A stretch of 64,000 nt of DNA, taken from Bacteroidales bacterium. GTDB taxonomy: Bacteria; Bacteroidota; Bacteroidia; Bacteroidales; VadinHA17. The stretch lies in NCBI GenBank assembly GCA_049654745.1, contig JBASIK010000233.1, positions 447-64,446 of the forward strand, given 5' to 3'. The translations under genes were made by a program, and so were the position numbers. Positions 58,901-64,000 of this stretch are shown here, piece by piece. Under the pieces are notes generated by a model. The model made no database searches, was not told the DNA's origin, and saw only the letters and a program-made list of their open reading frames with translations. Within the stretch, counting starts at the first letter, position 1. Each line of letters opens with the position of its first letter.

Positions 58901-60185
58901 ATGGAAATGCTGTAAGATCGAATCCTATAAGAAGATCGTAATACGACATGTTAAATATGCCATCATTCCCATTAAGGTACGACGGAACGAAGATTACCTT
59001 TACTCTGTTCTTCTGGTCATTTGTCAGGCCGTTGCTCTTTATCCTGTTCAGTATAGCATCTGGCTCCGGATAATGAAGGCTATGGGTCAGATAGATGTCA
59101 CCAGAAGGTACGGGACCGTTATTATATAGAAAATCTATAATATCTTGCCGTGGACCTTTATGATATGCTGGAACTAGTATAAATCCGATACATTCTTTTT
59201 GTATTTCAGCTTTTCTGTTGATCTCACCCAGGGAGTCAATAAAAATGTCTATTCCCTTGTTTCTGAACTCATACCTCCCGCTGGTAGCCACAAGCATTGT
59301 ATCTGGCGATGGCGCATAACCAAGCACTGCCTGTGCAACTCTGAAAAGCATCTCCCTTGCTTTTTGCCTCTTTTCATCAAAAACATCAGGGCCGGGTACA
59401 AATGAATTCTCGAAGCCGTTTGGAGTTATAAGGTCAACTTTCTTACCAAGAAAATGAGCGCATTCTCTTGAGGTAAGTTCACTAACAGTTGTAAATACGT
59501 CTGCTTCAGCAGCAGTTATTTTTTCAAGCGACTGTTTTGCTATGACATTGAACTCACGTGCCACATTCACCGGATTGTAATCCGTCATTTTTCCGTAAAG
59601 CGGTCTGTTGTTGCCTGCTATACACCTGCCCAGTACAGTTGCATGTGTTGTAAATGCTGTTGCCACCCAGGGCGCATGCTTTTTAAGATAAAGAACACCT
59701 GTCCCAGTCATCCATTCATGAAACTGGGCAACAATATCATGATGTTCATGATAGAAATTGGTAAAACTTTCTATTACTTTTCCTGCTGCATATCCGAAAA
59801 GTGCAGGTTCAACATAATCCCACTGCCCTGTAATACTGTCGAGCTTGTATGTTTCCCAGAAGCGTGCGAAAATTTCGTTTTGCTGACCAAAAAAAGGTGT
59901 AAAATCAAGTAAAAAGACAATAGGCCTACCAGCAATGTTCCACCTTCCGGTCCTTACCTTCAGACCTTCAGATATTGCCCTGTTTTTCCAGTCAATAAAC
60001 ATCGAATCATCAGGAATGAACTCAGGGTTGGTGCTATCTTCCCTCCATACGTCAGGACCTATTAAAATGTAATTGTCGCCAAGTTCATTTACAATGTTCA
60101 GGGCTTTGGTTGAAATTACGGTATGTATCCCTCCAACCTTGTTGCATACCTCCCAGCTTGTTTCAAAAAGAAATCCAACTTTCAT
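55962..60185 (-). CDS. Fusion protein: GT3-type glycogen synthase (N-terminal) and GT35 alpha-glucan phosphorylase (C-terminal)
   Basis: 1407 aa in one uninterrupted frame. The N-terminal half has FETSWEVCNKVGGIHTV, QFHEWMTG and FTTHATVLGR (GT3 glycogen synthase hallmarks). The C-terminal half has NLWWSWN (DUF3417-type), YFSMEFG..YSGGLGVLAGD and EASGTSGEKAVMNG (PLP-lysine motif of phosphorylases). Confidence 0.88.
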   Translation of the reverse strand: MKVGFLFETSWEVCNKVGGIHTVISTKALNIVNELGDNYILIGPDVWREDSTNPEFIPDDSMFIDWKNRAISEGLKVRTGRWNIAGRPIVFLLDFTPFFGQQNEIFARFWETYKLDSITGQWDYVEPALFGYAAGKVIESFTNFYHEHHDIVAQFHEWMTGTGVLYLKKHAPWVATAFTTHATVLGRCIAGNNRPLYGKMTDYNPVNVAREFNVIAKQSLEKITAAEADVFTTVSELTSRECAHFLGKKVDLITPNGFENSFVPGPDVFDEKRQKAREMLFRVAQAVLGYAPSPDTMLVATSGRYEFRNKGIDIFIDSLGEINRKAEIQKECIGFILVPAYHKGPRQDIIDFLYNNGPVPSGDIYLTHSLHYPEPDAILNRIKSNGLTNDQKNRVKVIFVPSYLNGNDGIFNMSYYDLLIGFDLTAFPSYYEPWGYTPLESMMFRIPTLTTTLSGFGLWVKENFSDTGKSIRIINRTDENEPEVISSICSFISEFATLGEQEIAEARNKAYEISRTLMWDSFVKHYFTAYDRALTVSFERRNEPREFIKMVEAPVLEIKKPHQVPVWKDIYVQSDVPEKLAALKELSTNLWWSWNSRAENLFRRMDPTVWDSVGHNPKKLLEQIDYKRLLVLEEDEDFLRELNTVYRIFREYMDRPEDKTKPSVAYFSMEFGIHQCLKIYSGGLGVLAGDYLKEASDSNLNIIGIGLLYRYGYFKQKLGPRGEQIAVYEAEEFSHLPVNPVKDNEGNHLTVSLAWPGRTVKVRVWEAKVGKVSLFLLDTDFDENIPEDRTVTHHLYGGDNENRLKQELVLGIGGVRALTAMGIKPDIFHSNEGHSAFISLERLRVLINDYHLTFDEAIEVVRSSTLFTTHTPVPAGHDAFDEDLLRKYISHYHTRLNITWEKLMSLGRCESDSDRKFNMSFLATRMSQEVNGVSKLHGEVSRDMFKKLWPGYLKEELFIGHVTNGVHYRTWLAPEWYNLYREITGKEDFDQTDRKMWEKIYEVDDSRIYEIKKGLKKALFVNIRKKLQSEMIELHVSPRTLLNVSTHLNENALTIGFARRFATYKRAYLLFKDLNRLEKIVNNPDRPVQFIYAGKAHPNDGGGQELIRRIFEISQMPQFTGKILFLENYDLELAKQLIRGVDVWLNTPTRPLEASGTSGEKAVMNGTLHFSVLDGWWVEGYRAYAGWALPKKRTFENQDLQDDVDAETIYNMLEYEIIPAYYSVNEQGIPVEWVSYIKNSMARIAPEFTMKRQIDDYFEKYYIKLWERNKKIVANNFEKARELAEWKKKMIEEWDKIEVLNFKFEKPPEKIYRSGKDYKAEILLNINSIPVENLGVELVITQMTQKGEYEFITSREFSLVSRKGGKCLYRAHIVPEKAGSFFYGIRIFPKHKDLPHKQDFYLLRWID

Positions 60186-60223
60186 AAAGAATTATTTTAA
60201 AAATATTTGATTTAATGGTGAGA

Positions 60224-61783
60224 TTATTTTTTTGATTTTGCGGATGATGTTTTCTTTTTTGAGACTTTTCCGGCAGTTTTTCTGGAGGTAGCCTTCTTTC
60301 CTTTCGATTCTGACTTTTTTAGTTTTGTCTTTTTGACTACCTCGGCAGCCAGCTCAACCAGACTCTTTTCTCCTGTCTTGCTTTTCTTTTGTTTTGTTTT
60401 TGCTTTCTTTTCGGCCTTCTCCTTTGTCTCCCTTTTTGAGCTGGCTTTTGTTTTTTTACCTGATAACTTTTCAAGTTTCTTCTTAAGAGTCTCAATTTCT
60501 TTTGCTTGCTTTGCTATTATTTCATCTTTTGCCCGAAGTTGAGAATCGTATTTAAGTATTTCAATTTCGTGTTCTGTAGCTGGACACATTCTGTTAATTC
60601 TTATCTCAAAATCGCTGAGTATATTCATATAATTCATAAATGCCTCATAAGGGCTCTCGTAAGGGTTAAAGTACGCATGAACAATACCATCGGAAAAGAA
60701 TTTTGTACACATATAATAAAAATGATCGCTTGCCTGAAGGTATGTCCAGTCTTTCTTTATCTGTTCATATTCGCATTTGTTGACCCTGTCAGTAAGTTCA
60801 TACAATTTTTCAAATGCAGCATTCTGGAGTTCATTACCCAGCCATGCGGTAAGGTCTCTTTCCTCATCTGCCCATGAGATAGGAGTCGGGATATTTATAG
60901 CAGCAACGGGCTGAAGGTTATTCGCCACTTCTGATGGAGTCATGAATTTAAAAGGTGTCTTTTTCATTATTGCTGCCGGCAGATGGTATAAAAAATCGAA
61001 AATACCAGATTCCTCAGGGTTATGTTCACCAAAAGTTTCGTAATCAATAAAAATATTTATAACCTCACTTTTTGGAGCCAGCTTGTTAATCCATGAAGCG
61101 TATTTATCTGCTGTAAGAGGCCACTCGTTCCATGTGCGATTCGAAAATCTGAATGCAATGTCATCGCTCAGGACAAAATTTCTCAGCAGAACTTTAAGCC
61201 GGGGGTTGATAGTGTTACAATACAGATAATTCGGACTTTTCCACCCCAGAACATGTTTTGCACCCTCGGTAAGGACAGCTTTAAATCCCATATCTGCAAC
61301 CCACGAACCTATCTGATCGGAATAAATCATTTCGGTATTTCTGAATACCTGAGGTTCAATTCCGAAATATTCTTTTATTAAATGCCTGTGATTATTTACC
61401 TGGCGTTCAAATTCAGCCCTGTTGCCCAGTGATGCCAGTGAATGCGCTTCAGTCTCAGCCAGGAACTCAACACAGCCAGTTTCGGCAAGTCTTTTGAAAG
61501 AATCAATAACTTCAGGAGCATAAAGTTTGAACTGATCGAGAGCTATACCGGTAATGGAAAACGAGACTTTAAATTTATTCTTGTTTTTTGAAATCAGATC
61601 AAATATGATATTGTTGGCCGGAAGGTAACATCTTTCAGCCACCTTTCGCATTATAGACTCATTGGTATAATCATCATAGTAATAGTGGTCAATCCCTAGA
61701 TCAAAAAACCGGTAACGTTTAAGTCTGAAAGGCTGGTGCACCTCAAAGAAGAGGCATATTGCCTTTTTTACTGCTGCACTCAT
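60224..61783 (-). CDS. GH57-family alpha-glucan-active enzyme with a coiled-coil and polybasic C-terminal tail
   Basis: 519 aa with FEVHQPFR, AETEAHSLASL and FRNTEMIY (nucleophile region) typical of GH57. The last roughly 114 aa form a coiled-coil heptad segment followed by a K/S/T-rich tail (…GKKTKASSKRETKEKAEKKAKTKQKKSK…SKKKTSSAKSKK). Confidence 0.85.
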   Translation of the reverse strand: MSAAVKKAICLFFEVHQPFRLKRYRFFDLGIDHYYYDDYTNESIMRKVAERCYLPANNIIFDLISKNKNKFKVSFSITGIALDQFKLYAPEVIDSFKRLAETGCVEFLAETEAHSLASLGNRAEFERQVNNHRHLIKEYFGIEPQVFRNTEMIYSDQIGSWVADMGFKAVLTEGAKHVLGWKSPNYLYCNTINPRLKVLLRNFVLSDDIAFRFSNRTWNEWPLTADKYASWINKLAPKSEVINIFIDYETFGEHNPEESGIFDFLYHLPAAIMKKTPFKFMTPSEVANNLQPVAAINIPTPISWADEERDLTAWLGNELQNAAFEKLYELTDRVNKCEYEQIKKDWTYLQASDHFYYMCTKFFSDGIVHAYFNPYESPYEAFMNYMNILSDFEIRINRMCPATEHEIEILKYDSQLRAKDEIIAKQAKEIETLKKKLEKLSGKKTKASSKRETKEKAEKKAKTKQKKSKTGEKSLVELAAEVVKKTKLKKSESKGKKATSRKTAGKVSKKKTSSAKSKK

Positions 61784-61788
61784 ATCTG

Positions 61789-63090
61789 TTATTGTTTATG
61801 TTTCGAAATCACCTCTTCATAAATCTGGCGGATATGACGGGCTGAATTTTCCCATCTTATCCTTATTACTTCATCCCTGCCATTTTTGATAAATTCTCCT
61901 GACAGGGCAGGATATGTAAGGATGCCATAAATTGCATCGGCCATTGCATCGATATCCCAGAAATCGACCTTAACGGCATGTTTTAGAATCTCTGCCACTC
62001 CCGACTGTTTACTTATTATTACCGGCACATTCGACATCATTGCCTCGAGGGGAGAAATTCCAAAAGGCTCCGAGACAGAGGGCATTATATACACATCGCT
62101 CATTGCCAGCATGGTAAAGACATCCTTTCCTCTCAGAAACCCCGTAAAATGGAATCTGTCAGTAATCTTTAGTGATGCTGCTCTTCTTATCATCCTTTCC
62201 ATCAGGTCGCCCGAACCAGCCATTACAAATCTTACATTCTTCATCTTTTTCAGCACCTTATTTGCTGCTTCAATAAAATATTCTGGTCCCTTCTGCAGTG
62301 TTATCCTGCCCAGAAAAGTCACGACCTTTTCATCGAACCCTTTTTTGATATGTAGATGCTCTGCAACGTCAACAGGTTCTACAGCATTGTAGACTGTTTC
62401 AACTTTTTCGGGATTGATATTGTACTTGGATATCACGATATCCCTTGTACGGTTGCTCACAGTAATAATCTTTGCTGCTGCATCCATTCCTCGCTTCTCG
62501 ATGTTATAAACATCAGGGTTGACGTTTCCCCCGCTTCTGTCGAACTCAGTTGCATGAACATGAATCACAAGAGGTTTACCCGATACTTCCATTGCAGAAA
62601 TACCTGCCGGATAAGCCAGCCAGTCGTGAGCATGTATAATATCGAATTCTAGTTCAGAGGCAAGAACAGCAGCAACTATTGAGTATTTATAAATTTCATC
62701 AAGCAGGTTCCCATTATACCGTCCGGTAAAATCAATTTTGCCTTCCCGATTTGTATGGACGAGGACACTCTTCTGCAATTCCTCCCTCTTCTTTGTAAGT
62801 CTCCAGAACTCTTCAGGGTCGGTATAAGGGATTATTTCTGACTGCACCTCGTATGTTGTTATTTCTCGCTTTAAACCGTGGTAATATACCCGGCGGTAGG
62901 CCACAGGTACATTGTTAGCTCCAATGAGCCTGACGGCTGACTGGTCCTCATCACCCCACGCTTTTGGAACAACAAATATTACCTCCGTATCTTTCAGGGA
63001 GACAATGCCTTTAGTAAGGCCATAGCTTGCCGTACCAAGGCCACCGGAGATATGGGGCGGAAATTCCCAGCCAAACATTAAAACACGCAT
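61789..63090 (-). CDS. GT4-family (GT-B, group 1) glycosyltransferase of the glycogen locus
   Basis: 433 aa with the N-terminus MRVLMFGWEFPPHISGGLG and the E-x7-E region EPFGISPLEAM. It lies between the GH133 and GH57 genes, with 11-nt and 5-nt gaps. Confidence 0.85.
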   Translation of the reverse strand: MRVLMFGWEFPPHISGGLGTASYGLTKGIVSLKDTEVIFVVPKAWGDEDQSAVRLIGANNVPVAYRRVYYHGLKREITTYEVQSEIIPYTDPEEFWRLTKKREELQKSVLVHTNREGKIDFTGRYNGNLLDEIYKYSIVAAVLASELEFDIIHAHDWLAYPAGISAMEVSGKPLVIHVHATEFDRSGGNVNPDVYNIEKRGMDAAAKIITVSNRTRDIVISKYNINPEKVETVYNAVEPVDVAEHLHIKKGFDEKVVTFLGRITLQKGPEYFIEAANKVLKKMKNVRFVMAGSGDLMERMIRRAASLKITDRFHFTGFLRGKDVFTMLAMSDVYIMPSVSEPFGISPLEAMMSNVPVIISKQSGVAEILKHAVKVDFWDIDAMADAIYGILTYPALSGEFIKNGRDEVIRIRWENSARHIRQIYEEVISKHKQ

Positions 63091-63101
63091 AACAACACCT
63101 T

Positions 63102-64000
63102 TTATTCGTCAGGATATTTAGTTTCAAGAATATTAATAATTCTTAAAATTTCACCAACGCTCCATGCCTGTGAAATTGCACCCCTTGCAGTATGCGGAGG
63201 GTCTCCGTCATAAATCTCAGAAATGGTGCTTACACCATGCTCATTCATCACCTCTTCAAATCCATAAACAAGATTTTTAACCTTCTGCACGCCCTGTCGG
63301 TTATAAACTTTCAGCCATCCTTCGCAGAAAGGTCCTAATAGCCAGGGCCATGCCGTACCCTGATGGTAAGCCATATCACGCTGTTCCTGATTCCCTGTGT
63401 AAACACCCCTGTAATACTGGTTACGGGGCGAAAGGGTTCTCAGGCCGCGGGGCGTAACAAGTTGTTTGTCTACAATATCCAGAACCTTCTTCATTTGCTC
63501 AGTGGACAGCATCGAGTAAGGGAGCGAAACAGCAATGACCATATTGGGCCTGATAAACATATTCGCACCTTCTTCGTCGTTGACGTAGTCGGCCAGGTAT
63601 CCAGCCTCCTCATTCCAGAAAATCTCGATAAACGACTTTCTTATAAGCTCCGGAAGGTGGCGGTATTTCTCAATAAACTCATTATCATTGTTTTTTTCTG
63701 CAATCTCAAGAGCAAAACATATTGCATTATACCACAAGGCATTAATTTCAACATCATATCCCTTTCTCTGAGTTACCGGCTCACCATTAACAACTGCATC
63801 CATCCAGGTAATAGCTTTCCCGGGAGCATCCCAGTAAATGAGCCCGTTTTCACGCATGTGAATATTGAAATCGGTACCGTTAATATAGGAGCTTATAATC
63901 GATTTCGCTGTTTCACCGTATTTGCTCCATACATTTTTACCGCCCTGTTTCACATAATTCTGAAGAGCCCAGAAGAACCACAAAGGTGCATCAACTGAAT
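63102..64000 (-). CDS. Glycogen debranching enzyme / amylo-alpha-1,6-glucosidase (GH133, GDE_C domain), C-terminal part; gene continues past the right window edge
   Basis: The frame stays open to the window end (the track 'M' at 63983 is an internal TTG, context ...DAPLWFFWALQ). Motifs: GYDVEINALWYNA, YHQGTAWPWLLGPF, ISEIYDGDPPH and AISQAWSVGEILR. Confidence 0.85.
   Translation of the reverse strand, partial: SVDAPLWFFWALQNYVKQGGKNVWSKYGETAKSIISSYINGTDFNIHMRENGLIYWDAPGKAITWMDAVVNGEPVTQRKGYDVEINALWYNAICFALEIAEKNNDNEFIEKYRHLPELIRKSFIEIFWNEEAGYLADYVNDEEGANMFIRPNMVIAVSLPYSMLSTEQMKKVLDIVDKQLVTPRGLRTLSPRNQYYRGVYTGNQEQRDMAYHQGTAWPWLLGPFCEGWLKVYNRQGVQKVKNLVYGFEEVMNEHGVSTISEIYDGDPPHTARGAISQAWSVGEILRIINILETKYPDE

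Noticed and set aside
63363-63998. + strand 211-aa ORF
   Set aside because: It is antisense to the strongly motif-supported GH133 debranching-enzyme frame, and its product has no recognisable features.
1-64000. Looked for CRISPR arrays, IS elements, transposases, integrases, phage genes, toxin-antitoxin pairs and known defence-system genes
   Set aside because: There are no regularly spaced direct repeats. No ORF has recombinase, transposase or phage hallmarks. Every ORF over 120 aa that I accept is either a recognisable housekeeping or metabolic gene, a lipoprotein, or a small secreted protein. The window reads as core chromosome.

Overview
This window looks like core chromosome from a Bacteroidota-type genome. 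The phylum call rests on three things. TAnnTTTG (-7) promoter boxes recur about 10-50 nt upstream of start codons. The window has many lipoproteins with LSC/ASC lipoboxes. The gene families fit: GH97, GH57, GH133, a GT3 glycogen synthase, DUF2807 and a DUF5362-like protein. I call about 52 protein genes (two run off the window edges) and one tRNA-Leu(UAG). Left to right: fucI, pgi plus a PfkB kinase, a cDPG-synthetase-like P-loop protein, acpH, and the purH-mreBCD-mrdA-rodA cell-shape operon. Next come a MacB-type permease, rsmA, and a 1042-aa multidomain ABCG-like transporter with an upstream lipoprotein. An arginine/carbamoyl-phosphate block follows (carA, argH-argG-argR inverted, carB) with a tandem ARG-box operator. 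Then a GT2, recQ, tatC-lptB, tRNA-Leu, tig-clpP-clpX, GH97-thyA-folA, a DUF151 nuclease, rplU-rpmA, serS, an EamA transporter, an S41 peptidase, ruvC, comF, a HIT protein, greA, ahcY and ribF. The right end is a glycogen locus: a GH13 branching enzyme facing an operon of GH133, GT4, GH57 and a 1407-aa GT3::GT35 fusion. I found no CRISPR array, transposase, integrase, phage module, toxin-antitoxin pair or recognisable defence gene, so I do not see an accessory island or an obviously new multi-gene system. The items most worth a second look are the glycogen synthase-phosphorylase fusion, the TerB-like/ABCG-like transporter with its lipoprotein, the ARG-box operator over the argR promoter, two copies of a heptad-periodic GGTT repeat element downstream of recQ and fucI, a terminator-like hairpin in the greA leader, a Rieske-fold lipoprotein with non-canonical ligand positions, and polybasic tails on GH57 and L21. 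All family assignments come from motif recognition by eye. No searches were run.
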